A stretch of DNA of 64,000 bases from an uncultured Acidobacteriota bacterium (GTDB lineage Bacteria; Acidobacteriota; JAQAZP01): assembly GCA_963836075.1 (NCBI GenBank), contig CAWIIB010000009.1, forward strand, positions 2,912,001 through 2,976,000, given 5' to 3'. Below are positions 1 to 9,483 of this stretch, piece after piece. Numbering within the stretch: the stretch's first letter is position 1; every line of letters starts with the position of its first letter. The position numbers were made by a program, and so were the translations under genes. The notes beneath the pieces are model-generated. The model ran no database searches and was not told the DNA's origin. It was given only the letters and a program-made list of their open reading frames with translations.

Positions 1-44
1 ACCGGAAGGGGCTCCTCGAGCAGGCGGTGCTCGATATCGCCTGG

Positions 45-2166
45 TTAGTCCAGACCGAGGCGGGCCACGGTGGTTTTCTCCGCGGCGCCGCCCTTCTGCT
101 CCTCGGTTATCATCATCGCCGGCCCGTCCAGGGGCGGCGGACCGTCACTGCTCTCCACGGCGATGGGCCCCAGGGCCACGCGGGCGCCGTAGCGGTTGTT
201 CTCGCCGTAGGCCAGGATGTCCAGGCCGGCGATGGGCTCCAGGACCTCGCCGTCATAATTCCAGCCCAGCACCCGTGCCGTGAAGTCCACGTCCGGCCCC
301 GGCCCGGTGACGATCTCGTCGATGCCGTCACCGTCGACGTCACCGCAGGCCACGACGACCCCGAAGCGGTACTCCTCACTCGTCTCGTAGGCGTTGAAGT
401 TCACGCCGCTGATCGGGGTCAGCACGTCGCCGTCGTAGTTGAAGGCGCGGACGTGGGAGCCGAACAGTTCGCCCGGTCCCGGCCCGGTGATGATCTCGTC
501 GATGCCGTCGCCGTCGATGTCGCCGCAGGCCACGTTGACCCCGAACTTCATGGTGTTGTAGGCCATGAAGCTGACTCCGGGGATCGACTCCAGTTGCGAA
601 CCGTCGTAGTTGAAGGCGCGGACGTGGGGACCGAACACGTCGCCCGGGCCCGCCCCGGTGATGATCTCGTCGATGCCGTCGCCGTCGATGTCGCCGCAGG
701 CCACGTTGGCCCCGTACTTCAGGGTGCCGTAGGCGAAGAAGTTGATCGCCGGGTTCGGTTCGAAGAGGGTGGACCCGTCAAAGTCCCAGGCCCGGATGTG
801 CGGGCCGAACACCGCGCCGGGGCCCGGCGAGGTGAGGATCTCGTCCACGTTGTCGCCGTCGATGTCGCCGGCGGCGCACTTGGCGCCGAACTTCAGCGTG
901 CCGTAAGCAAAGAAGCTGTTGTGGATCGCCTGGCCCCGGTCGTCAAAGACCCGGATCTGCGGGCCGAACACCTCGCCCGGACCCGGTCCGGTGAGGATCT
1001 CGATCCGCCCGTCGCCGGTGACGTCGCCGGCGCTGACGTTGACGCCCCACTTGTTGACCCCGTAGGCCATGAATTCGAGGCCGTGGACCATTTCGCCGGT
1101 GGCCGGATCGAAGACACGGACCTTCGGCGCGTTGGCCGGGCCGGGGCCCGGGCCGGTGATGATCATCGCCGGGATCGGGCCAAAGGCCACGGTGGCCTGC
1201 TGAGTGATGGCCACCCCGCCGGCCACGGCGCTGACCTGGGCCTCGGTCACGTCGGTGGACGACTGCAGCTGCTGGCTGTAGGTCCCGTCGCCGTGGTCCA
1301 CCACGGAGCCCAGCAGCGAGCCGGCCGTGGTTTCCAGAGTCACCACGAGGCCCGGCCCCACCAGCTCCAGGGATGAGTCGAGCGGAGTGACGGTGATCAG
1401 CGATACGCTGGCGCCGTCCGCCGGGATTTCCTCCGGGTTCGCCGTCACCGTGGTGGCTGTCCGGATCCACCGGCGGCGCGCCGGCCAGCACTTCCAGGAG
1501 TGCGCTGTCACTGAAGTGGCAGGCGATGGTGCCGTTGTCGTCGAGGGCCACCACCCGGATCTGGTAGATGCCGGGGCCTTCGAGTTGGCCGGCATTCACC
1601 ACCCTGGTGCCCGCGGGGCTGTCCAGCAGGGTTGAACTGGAGTAGCAGCAGTTGTCCGGATCCCACTCGGCGCCGTTGGGGTTGGAGAAGGAGCCGCCGA
1701 CCTTGCTCACCTCCAGGCCGGCCGAGGCAGCGCCCTCGAAACCAGAGACGTCCCAGGAGAGCTCGAAGAGCGGGCTGGAGAGGGAGACCAGGTCCGGGTT
1801 GAGCAGCGGCATGTCGGCCTCGCCGTCCCAGGGGACCACGGTGGCCGAGGCGACGTTGGAGTGCACGCTGTAGTTGTAGCTGGTGTCGTAGGCCATCACC
1901 ACGAAGTAGTAGGTGGTGCCCACGGCCAGGCCGGTGACATCCTGGAGAACCGCTTCGGGATCGGGCACGTCGACCCGGTCGGGGAAAGTGACCCCGTTGG
2001 TGCCGTACTTCACCCGGTAGCCGGCCAGATCGTCGGCCAGGACCGTATCCCACTGCACCTGCAGGGTGCCGGCCCGGGCCTGGGACAGGGGGGCAAGCAG
2101 GAAAACCACGGTCAGGGCCGCGGACATGAACACGAGAAGATGACGATTAATACTGGTTGTGGACAT
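45..2166 (-). CDS. Secreted FN3 + Ig/invasin-like + FG-GAP repeat surface protein (frameshift near 1456)
   Basis: ORF 943..2166 gives a signal peptide and FN3 domain (W...DLAGYRVKYG...GL..GTTYYFVVMAYD). After VDPDS the protein continues in the 45..1595 frame (TTVTANPEEIPADG...DHGDGTY, invasin-like Ig), then five GD(I/V)DGDG.DEI.TG.GPG FG-GAP repeats. Confidence 0.85.
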
Positions 2167-2242
2167 CTTCGCACCGCCTTTCGTTCAGATGTCGTTCTGG
2201 CGCCACCGGGGGCGCCGCCTTTTTTATCCACCCCCCTTGCAG

Positions 2243-2258
2243 AGCAACGGCCGTACCA
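2243..2258 (-). promoter_or_regulatory. Sigma54 (-24/-12) promoter
   Basis: Minus strand reads TGGTACGGCCGTTGCT, matching TGGCACG-N4-TTGCW (GG-N10-GC), about 77 nt upstream of the ATG at 2166. Confidence 0.7.
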
Positions 2259-2455
2259 GGTTGCGGCAGTGGGCAACGGTGCGAAATCCAAGCATCTATC
2301 TCTAACTGAATAAAGGGGATAAAAGTATTAACAGGACGGGTTGGGGGAAATTTTGTGGGGGGCTGGGCGGTGGTTTCGCGACAAAAAATTGACGATCGTT
2401 ACACGGTTGAACCCGGAATAGCCACCGGGTGATCCGGGAGTGACGCCGGGAAAGC

Positions 2456-2489
2456 AAAACGGCGCCGGCCTTGCGGCCGGCGCCGTTTT
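2456..2489. terminator. Intrinsic terminator (bidirectional-type hairpin)
   Basis: AAAACGGCGCCGGCC-TTGC-GGCCGGCGCCGTTTT, a perfect 15-bp stem 22 nt downstream of the 2511 stop codon. Confidence 0.85.
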
Positions 2490-2510
2490 CAGTCTCGTTC
2501 GGGCTGGATG

Positions 2511-2762
2511 CTATTCGTCCATCGGTTCGAATTCCAGGCAGCCCTCTGCGTAGTCCTTGAGCAGGGTCTCGAGATTGTCGGTCATCCCCTCATCGGGGTC
2601 CACCTGGACGCATTCTTCCTCGTCCTCCCAGAAACCCTTCTTGCAATAGAGGTTAAGCAGGGCCAGAGCGTTGTTGCCGTTCTCCTGCTCCTGGAGTATC
2701 TTGCAGAACAGGCAGTTCATGCAGTTGATTTTACCGTTTCGGATGTGTGGAAATTTCTTCAT
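2511..2762 (-). CDS. Small acidic Cys-rich protein (83 aa), putative metal/Fe-S binding
   Basis: AAGGAG RBS before ATG 2762; MKKFPHIRNGKINCMNCLFCK...YCKKGFW...GCLEFEPMDE; followed by a terminator. Confidence 0.7.
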   Translation of the reverse strand: MKKFPHIRNGKINCMNCLFCKILQEQENGNNALALLNLYCKKGFWEDEEECVQVDPDEGMTDNLETLLKDYAEGCLEFEPMDE

Positions 2763-3056
2763 CTGAATCAGCCACTCCTTACCAAACGAACATATCTCGA
2801 TCAATGGACATTCTACTCCAATCTTCTGCCGATTTCATTAAAAAAATTGACCTTAGGCACGATTTTTGGTGAGAATCTGAAGAATACTCCCCTCGAGGCT
2901 CCGGTAGAGGTGAAACTCTTCCAAACTCGTTGAATTGCGCTCTTTAGCCGGTTTCTGCTACCCTGATGATGAAACAGCCGTCCATACCTGGTCCACGGCT
3001 GCACAACAGCTCGGAGCGGTTCGGACTATTGCGATTTCTGCCATGGTGAGGTCCAC

Positions 3057-4076
3057 GTGAACGTGATTCTGGCCGGAGCGCTGTTCAAATGCGGGTTCAC
3101 CTTTCTGCTGGCCTTTGCCCTGGCCCTCTACCTGGTGCCCCGGTTGCGGGACGCCGCCATCCGGATGAACATCGTCGACACCCCGGACGGCAAACTGAAG
3201 ACCCAGCGCCGGCCGGTGCCCTACCTTGGCGGGCTGGGGGTCTACCTGGCCTTCCTGCTGGCCCTGGCGGTGACCTTTGAATTTGACCGGGAAGTGCTGG
3301 GTCTGATTCTGGCCGGGACCATCGTCCTGCTCCTCGGGCTGATCGACGATTTCCGGGCCCTGACCCCCGGGGTGAAGTTCATCGGCCAGATCCTGGCCGC
3401 CGGGGTGCTGATCAAGTGCGGCATCTACATCAAGCTGGTCTTTCTCCCGCTCTGGGCCTCGATACCCCTCACCGTGCTCTGGATCGTGGCAGTGACCAAC
3501 GCCTTCAACATCATCGATATCATGGACGGGCTCTCCGGCGGGGTGGCCTTCTGCGCCAGCATCCCGCTGGTGGTGGTGGCTTTTGTCAACGGGCGGATGA
3601 TGATCGCCATCGTCACCCTGGCCCTGGCCGGGGCGCTGCTCGGGTTCCTGCGCTTCAACTTCCATCCCTCGCAGATCTACCTCGGAGACACCGGCAGCAT
3701 GTTCATCGGGCTGATGATGGCCTCCCTGACCATGCTCGGCAGCTATACCGGGTCCAATGTGCTGGCCGCCCTCGGCCCGGGCATCATCCTCGGCGTCCCC
3801 CTGTTCGACATGCTTTTCGTGATGTATGTCCGGTGGCGGCGCGGTGTGCCGGTGATCCTGGGCAGCCCGGACCACTTCGCCCTGCGGCTGCGCCAGTGGC
3901 GGCTGTCCACCACCCAGACCGTGCTGGTCAGTTACCTGGCCACCCTGGTCTTCGGGGCCGTGGCCCTGGGCATGATGCTCCTGCCGCTGGAGCCGGCAGC
4001 CGTCCTGCTGGGCTGCCTGGTGCTGGTACTGCTGGCCGCGGCGCTGTTGCTCAAACGGATCGACATGAAACTGTGA
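3057..4076 (+). CDS. MraY/WecA/TagO-family polyprenyl-phosphate N-acetylhexosamine-1-phosphate transferase
   Basis: Multi-TM; motifs PYLGG, GLIDD, NAFNIIDIMDGL, FNFHPSQIYLGDTGS. Confidence 0.9.
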   Translation: MNVILAGALFKCGFTFLLAFALALYLVPRLRDAAIRMNIVDTPDGKLKTQRRPVPYLGGLGVYLAFLLALAVTFEFDREVLGLILAGTIVLLLGLIDDFRALTPGVKFIGQILAAGVLIKCGIYIKLVFLPLWASIPLTVLWIVAVTNAFNIIDIMDGLSGGVAFCASIPLVVVAFVNGRMMIAIVTLALAGALLGFLRFNFHPSQIYLGDTGSMFIGLMMASLTMLGSYTGSNVLAALGPGIILGVPLFDMLFVMYVRWRRGVPVILGSPDHFALRLRQWRLSTTQTVLVSYLATLVFGAVALGMMLLPLEPAAVLLGCLVLVLLAAALLLKRIDMKL

Positions 4077-4101
4077 GCGAGATACGGAAAGGCTGCGACC
4101 G

Positions 4102-4893
4102 ATGCTGACCACCATCGAGAAAATCGTCTTCTTGCAGAAAGCGCCGATTTTCGAGCAGATGACCAGCCGGCAGCTGAAGGTGCTCAGTGAAGTCACCGAG
4201 GAGGAGACCCTCGGTCCGGGCGAGGCGATCTTCGACGAGGGCAGCCATGGCGACCGGATGTACATCATCATCTCCGGCCGGGTGGAGATCCTCAAGTCGC
4301 TGGAGGAGAGCGGGGGCGGAGGGGCCACGGAGTCGCTGGCCATACTGGAGAAGCGCGAGATCTTCGGTGAGATGGCGATCCTCGACGACGAAACCCGTTC
4401 GGCCGCCGCGGTGGTCCGGGAGCCCACCCGCCTGCTCTCCATCCACAAGGACAACGTGCGGGAGCTGATTCACGACTACCCCGACATCGCCTTCGGCATT
4501 TTCAAGGTGCTCAGCAGCCGGATCCGCGAGGCCAACCGGCAGATCGAGCTGCTGCAGCGTGGCGACCAGCGCAAGGTGGTGATCACCGTGATCGACCCCC
4601 CGGACAGCCAGGCTTCCCACACCATGGTCACCTCGGCACTGGTGCTGGGCCGGCCCGAATCGTCCGAGATGCAGACCTACGACAAGTTCTCCATCCCCGA
4701 CCAGAGCCAGGAGATCTCCCGCCGCCACGCCGAGCTGGTTTTCGAGCGGGGCAAGCTGTTCCTGCGCGATCTGGAGAGCCTCAACGGCACCTGGGTGGGC
4801 GGCCGCCGCCTGGCCCGGGAACCGGCGCCCCTGGAGGACGGTTCCACCTTCCGCCTGGGCAGCCGCACCGAACTCCGTGTCAACTGGCGCTGA
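4102..4893 (+). CDS. Cyclic nucleotide-binding domain + FHA domain protein
   Basis: cNMP motifs IFDEGSHGDRMYII.SG.V and FGEMAILD..RSA; FHA motifs LGR, ISRRHA, DLESLNGTWV. Confidence 0.9.
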   Translation: MLTTIEKIVFLQKAPIFEQMTSRQLKVLSEVTEEETLGPGEAIFDEGSHGDRMYIIISGRVEILKSLEESGGGGATESLAILEKREIFGEMAILDDETRSAAAVVREPTRLLSIHKDNVRELIHDYPDIAFGIFKVLSSRIREANRQIELLQRGDQRKVVITVIDPPDSQASHTMVTSALVLGRPESSEMQTYDKFSIPDQSQEISRRHAELVFERGKLFLRDLESLNGTWVGGRRLAREPAPLEDGSTFRLGSRTELRVNWR

Positions 4894-4922
4894 CGCCTGT
4901 CCCCCATTGACGCCTGAGCGAA

Positions 4923-4952
4923 TTGACAGTTTTCCGGCCCAGGGGCTATACT
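4923..4952 (+). promoter_or_regulatory. Sigma70-type promoter of the GAK-like operon
   Basis: TTGACA-18 nt-TATACT in the intergenic region. Confidence 0.65.
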
Positions 4953-5088
4953 TTTTCCACTTGCGCGAAACGATCAGAAGAGCAATTGGATACAGGTTTT
5001 TGACTTCTTCTTTTTCTCCAGCCCGCCCGGTTTCCGGTTCCCCGGCCGTATAGCGGAACCCGGCACCGGCGGGTTCAGGTGCCTGCTC

Positions 5089-6669
5089 TTGTCCGATCCT
5101 GACGATCTTGCAAAATTGTTGATCATCCAGGGGCGCAATATCCGCCTCCAGCAGGCCACCTGTCTCAACCGCCTGGTGGAGCCCGAGTACCCCGGGGCGC
5201 GCAAGGTGGAGGAGATGGACCGGGTGGTGGACCACCTGGCCCGGACCTTCGAGGACCGGTTCTTTTGCGCCCTGCTGGAGAGTGACTGCTCGGGCGATGA
5301 AACACGGCGCGACCGGTCGCTGCTCCACGTCTCCCGGCAGCTGGAGGACATCGGCGACCGGCTGGTGGAGCTGGCCCGGATCCGCCAGGACAACCGCATC
5401 CCCGTACTGGCCCCGGACGTCCTCGATCTGTGGCAGAACTCGATCAAGACGTTTACCGCGGCCCTGGAGGCCTTTTTCCAGGAAAGTATCCCCCTGGCCC
5501 GGGAGGCTTTCGAGATGGTGCTCAGCCTGGAGGACCTCTGCCAGGACCTGCTGCTGGGCTACCTGGACGGCGACAGTGATCGGGCCGGTCAGGAGTTCGG
5601 CAGCGAGGCGGCGGCCCGGGTGCTGGAAATCCAGTGCCTGCGTGGTGTGCTGCTGGCCCAGCTGCACATCGCCGAGAGCACCATCTACCGCGTCTCCGGC
5701 GAGCGCCTCAGTTTCAGCCAGTACATGCACCTCGAACGGCTGGCCAAGGAGGCCGGTGCGCGCACCGGCTGCTTCAGCTACAAGAACCTCTGGGGCGGGA
5801 TCAGCGGCGCGGTGGTGGGCAAACTCGACCTGGGCGAGAAAGGGCAGTGGGTCTTCAAGGACGGGATCACCAAGAAGATCCTCCCCGAGGTGGAGAACCT
5901 GAAGAAGTGGAACGAGGTGCTGGAAGGCGTGGTGCCCCGGCTGGTGGCGGTGGGCGGCGAAGGCGGGGAGACCCAGTCCTTCCTCTCCGAGTTCGTCGAC
6001 GGCGAACTGCTCTCCGACATCGTGCTCAATGGCACCTGGGAGGAGAAAGTCGAGGCCTTGCTTGCCCTGCACCGCACCCTGCGGCGGATCTGGGAGGCCA
6101 CCCTGCAGGAGCGGCCGCCGGAGATCAGCTATGTCCGGCAGATCCGCGACCGGCTGCCCTCGGTGTTCAACCAGCACCCCCGCCTGCGGATGATCCGCCG
6201 CTCCAGCAATCCCTCCGCCGCCTCGGTCGGCGAACTGCTGGACCGCGCCGGCGAGGCCGAACCCTCGCTGGTGCCGCCCTTCGCGGTAATGCTGCACGGT
6301 GATTTCAACGCCAACAACATCATGTTCAACCGCAAGACCGGCGAGGTGCGGTTCATCGACATCCACCGTTCGCAGCACGGCGACCTGGTGCAGGACCTGG
6401 GGGTCTTCCTTGTCTCCGGGGTGCGCAACCCGCTGGCCCGGATGACCGTGCTGGACGACCTGAAAAATATGAACAAGATGACCAAACGCTTCGCCAGGGA
6501 GTTTGCCCTGGCCCATGGCGATACGCAGTTCGACCAGCGGCTGACCCTCAGCCGTGCCCGGTCCTTCATCACTTCCAGCCGGCTGATCAGCGATTTCGGT
6601 TTTGCCAAGGAACTGTACCTGGAGGGCCTGTATTACCTAGATAAATTTGCCGAAAGGGTGAAGCCGTGA
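5089..6669 (+). CDS. PhoU-like helical domain fused to an APH/choline-kinase-like phosphotransferase (GAK-associated)
   Basis: N-terminal helical PhoU-like pattern (LEDIGD); C-terminal kinase motifs HGDFNANNIMF and FIDIHRS; TTG start is uncertain. Confidence 0.8.
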   Translation: MSDPDDLAKLLIIQGRNIRLQQATCLNRLVEPEYPGARKVEEMDRVVDHLARTFEDRFFCALLESDCSGDETRRDRSLLHVSRQLEDIGDRLVELARIRQDNRIPVLAPDVLDLWQNSIKTFTAALEAFFQESIPLAREAFEMVLSLEDLCQDLLLGYLDGDSDRAGQEFGSEAAARVLEIQCLRGVLLAQLHIAESTIYRVSGERLSFSQYMHLERLAKEAGARTGCFSYKNLWGGISGAVVGKLDLGEKGQWVFKDGITKKILPEVENLKKWNEVLEGVVPRLVAVGGEGGETQSFLSEFVDGELLSDIVLNGTWEEKVEALLALHRTLRRIWEATLQERPPEISYVRQIRDRLPSVFNQHPRLRMIRRSSNPSAASVGELLDRAGEAEPSLVPPFAVMLHGDFNANNIMFNRKTGEVRFIDIHRSQHGDLVQDLGVFLVSGVRNPLARMTVLDDLKNMNKMTKRFAREFALAHGDTQFDQRLTLSRARSFITSSRLISDFGFAKELYLEGLYYLDKFAERVKP

Positions 6670-7556
6670 AGATTGCCATTGCCGGTGTTATCGGAAAGTG
6701 GTCCACTGAACGACTGGCCGAATGTTTGCGCGCACGCGGCGCGGAGACCATGCTGTTCCAGGTCTGGGACTGCCTGCTGGATCTCGACGGCGGGACGGTC
6801 CGCTACCAGGGGAAGCCTGTTCAAGGCTTCGACGGAGTGGTGGTGAAGAAGATGGGTGAGTTGACCCACGAGAATTTCACCTACCGGTTGGGGGTGCTGC
6901 GCCAGCTGGAACGGAACGGGGCCCGCGTCTTTTCGCCCCCCGACCAGATCGCGGTGGTGGCCGACCGCCTGGAGGTGACCCGGACCCTGCGCTGGGCCGG
7001 CCTCCCCATGTCGCCCACGGTGGTCACCGAATCGGTGGACGAGGCCCTGGACGCGTTGTCCCGTTTCGGCAAGGGCGTGCTCAAGCCGATCTTCACCACC
7101 AAGGGGCGGGGCATGAAACTTCTGGATTCCGCAAACCGCGACGAAGCGGCGGCCGAGCTGGGCCGCTTCCGCGAAGCCGGCCTCGGGCCGTTCTACCTGC
7201 AGCAGTTCGTCGACGCCCGGGACGGACGGGACATCGGCATCTCGGTGCTCGACGGCAAAATCATCGGCACCTATTACCGCATCGCCGGGGAAGGTAACTG
7301 GATGACCACCATCCACTCCGGGGGCCGATACGAGGCCTGCGAATTGACACCTGAACTGGAAGAGATCGCCCTGCGCGCGGCCAATGCCTTCCGCCTCGAC
7401 TTCACCGGAGTGGACGTGGTGCAGGCGCCGGACGGCAGCCTGATGCTCTACGAGGTGAGCGCCTTTGGCGGCTTCAAGGGCTGCCGGGTGGCCCTCGACC
7501 TCGACGCGGCTGATCTCTACGCCGAATATATCGTCCGGACACTGGCGTCCGCCTGA
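6666..7556 (+). CDS. RimK-like ATP-grasp enzyme, GAK system type
   Basis: MKIAIAGVIGKWSTERLA N-terminus; VLKPIFTTKGRGM, FYLQQFV, WMTTIHSGGRY, FTGVDV, YEVSAFGGF; overlaps the upstream stop. Confidence 0.88.
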   Translation: MKIAIAGVIGKWSTERLAECLRARGAETMLFQVWDCLLDLDGGTVRYQGKPVQGFDGVVVKKMGELTHENFTYRLGVLRQLERNGARVFSPPDQIAVVADRLEVTRTLRWAGLPMSPTVVTESVDEALDALSRFGKGVLKPIFTTKGRGMKLLDSANRDEAAAELGRFREAGLGPFYLQQFVDARDGRDIGISVLDGKIIGTYYRIAGEGNWMTTIHSGGRYEACELTPELEEIALRAANAFRLDFTGVDVVQAPDGSLMLYEVSAFGGFKGCRVALDLDAADLYAEYIVRTLASA

Positions 7557-7570
7557 AGGAGAAGCGAATC

Positions 7571-8668
7571 ATGGGAACCATCCAACGGGTCCTCGAGGAA
7601 TACGATTCCGGGTTCAGCGCGGACCACCGGCTGCTGCTCGACCTGCACGGGGTGAAGATCCGGGTCAACACCGATTCGGACGAGGTGGCCGGGCTCCTGC
7701 GGGACTATTACGCCGACTACCTGGCGGCAGGCGGGCCGGAGGACGGAGGTGCAGACTGCTACCGCATCGACGCGCACCAGCGGTGGATCAAGGTCGACCA
7801 GGACGAACTGGCCATCTATGTGGAGCAGGGGAAGACCAAGCCCAAGGAAGCCTTCCTCGACGATCCCGATACGGGCCTGCGGTTGATGCTCAAGGTGCGC
7901 TCCGGGGTGCTGGCGCTGCTGGGCCGGCGGCACATCCGGGTCGCCGGCGACCTGGTGGGCTTCATCAACCAGCTGAACAACATCATCAATGCCGTGTTCA
8001 TCATCGACCGCATGGACGCGGGCTACACCCTGTTCCACGCCTCGGCCCTGGCCCGCGGCGACCGGGGGATGATCGTCAGCGGCCGCTCCGGAGCGGGCAA
8101 GAGCTCGGCGGCCATCTGGACCCTGGAGCACGGCATCTCGATCATCAGCAACGACCGGCTGCTGGCCCGGCGGGCCCCCGGGGAGGGGACCGGCGCCATC
8201 CCCATGCTCGGCGTGCCCAAGAAGCCGCGGATCAATCCCGGCACCATTGTCGGCAACCCCAAACTGCACGGGATGATGACGCCAGCGGAGCTGGCCCGCT
8301 ACCGGGCGATGCCGATGGAGGAACTGTGGCACGTCGAACACAAATACGACCTGCAGGTCAAGGCACTGTTCGGGCCGCAGGCCGAGCAGGCCACGGCCAT
8401 GCTTCACGCCGCCTTCTTTATCGACTGGGAAGTGGGTGGCGGTGACTACCACTGTGATCTGTTGCCCGGTGAGCGCTACCCCGAGTTCTACCGGGCGGTG
8501 TTCAAGGACGGCGGCGTGTTCGACCTGAACAATCGTGAGACGAGCCTTAAACCGGAGCACGAAGCGGAATATCAGCGGGTGCTTGAAGGCATCCCTGTCT
8601 ATCACGTGACCGGCGGTGTGTCCTTTGAATCGCTGGTGGAGAGCATTCTTCAGAGCGCCCGCGGGTAG
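7571..8668 (+). CDS. HprK-related kinase B (GAK system)
   Basis: HASAL, Walker A GRSGAGKSS, SNDRLL, GVPKKPRINPGT. Confidence 0.85.
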   Translation: MGTIQRVLEEYDSGFSADHRLLLDLHGVKIRVNTDSDEVAGLLRDYYADYLAAGGPEDGGADCYRIDAHQRWIKVDQDELAIYVEQGKTKPKEAFLDDPDTGLRLMLKVRSGVLALLGRRHIRVAGDLVGFINQLNNIINAVFIIDRMDAGYTLFHASALARGDRGMIVSGRSGAGKSSAAIWTLEHGISIISNDRLLARRAPGEGTGAIPMLGVPKKPRINPGTIVGNPKLHGMMTPAELARYRAMPMEELWHVEHKYDLQVKALFGPQAEQATAMLHAAFFIDWEVGGGDYHCDLLPGERYPEFYRAVFKDGGVFDLNNRETSLKPEHEAEYQRVLEGIPVYHVTGGVSFESLVESILQSARG

Positions 8669-8715
8669 ACCCGTTCCGGCGTCAATACGAAACCTGTAAC
8701 GAGGGGGGGAAAGAG

Positions 8716-9459
8716 ATGAAGAAGAAGCTGTGGGATGACAGGATGTTGCCGCTGGGGTTGATCTGTCTGCTGGCCCTTTCCGCCGGCCCGGCCCTGGCCG
8801 GTGATTCGCCGGACTACCTGTACGCGGCGCGCAAGACCGTCGACCTCTACTCCATGCCCGCGGACACGGCCGATATCCTCACCTCGGTCCCCCTGGGCAC
8901 GATCATGCTGGAGATGGAAGAGTCGCCCACCGGCTGGGTCCAGGTCCAGACCATGGACAGTACCGTGGGCTGGGTGGAGGCGGTGGAGGTTTCCGACGAC
9001 GTTCCCACGCGCATCTTTGCCCAGCGTCCCACGGTGACGGTCCACTACTGTCCCACAATGGAATGCCCCGAGGTGGAGCGGGCCGGATTCGACACGGAGA
9101 TCATGCAGGTGGACGAGGACGACGACTGGGTCCAGGTGGTGATGCCCAACGGCGTGGTGGGCTGGGTCGATGAAGATTTCGTCTCCGAGAAACCGCCCAA
9201 GCGCTACGTGGTGATGGTGCCCAGCGCCAACCTGCGTTCGTGCAACAGCGAGGAGTGCCCGCTGATCACCACCGTCACCGCCGGGACAACGCTGATCCGG
9301 ATGGACAAGAGTGACGACTGGTACCAGGTGTGCACCACCAGCGGGGTCAGCGGCTGGATCTTCGAGGAACTGGTGCTCCGCGAGGACAAGGCGCAGCAGT
9401 TGCCGCCGTTGACGGTTCCGCCGGCCGGCAGCGCCGCGCCTGTGCCCACCGACGGATAA
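8716..9459 (+). CDS. Secreted protein with three bacterial SH3 domains
   Basis: Signal peptide; three repeats ending W.QV....G..GW(V/I). Confidence 0.8.
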   Translation: MKKKLWDDRMLPLGLICLLALSAGPALAGDSPDYLYAARKTVDLYSMPADTADILTSVPLGTIMLEMEESPTGWVQVQTMDSTVGWVEAVEVSDDVPTRIFAQRPTVTVHYCPTMECPEVERAGFDTEIMQVDEDDDWVQVVMPNGVVGWVDEDFVSEKPPKRYVVMVPSANLRSCNSEECPLITTVTAGTTLIRMDKSDDWYQVCTTSGVSGWIFEELVLREDKAQQLPPLTVPPAGSAAPVPTDG

Positions 9460-9483
9460 CCACCAGCGGGCAGGGAGTGAACC

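Noticed and set aside
250-1100. CRISPR-like periodic DNA repeats (also 50000..50700 and 11250..11900)
   Set aside because: The repeats are degenerate, in-frame protein repeats (FG-GAP, NHL) without unique spacers or cas genes.
4051-6516. Long antisense ORFs (e.g. 4051..6516, 13174..15861, 15879..17852, 47561..49936)
   Set aside because: Shadow frames of high-GC genes; the opposite strand carries clear family motifs.
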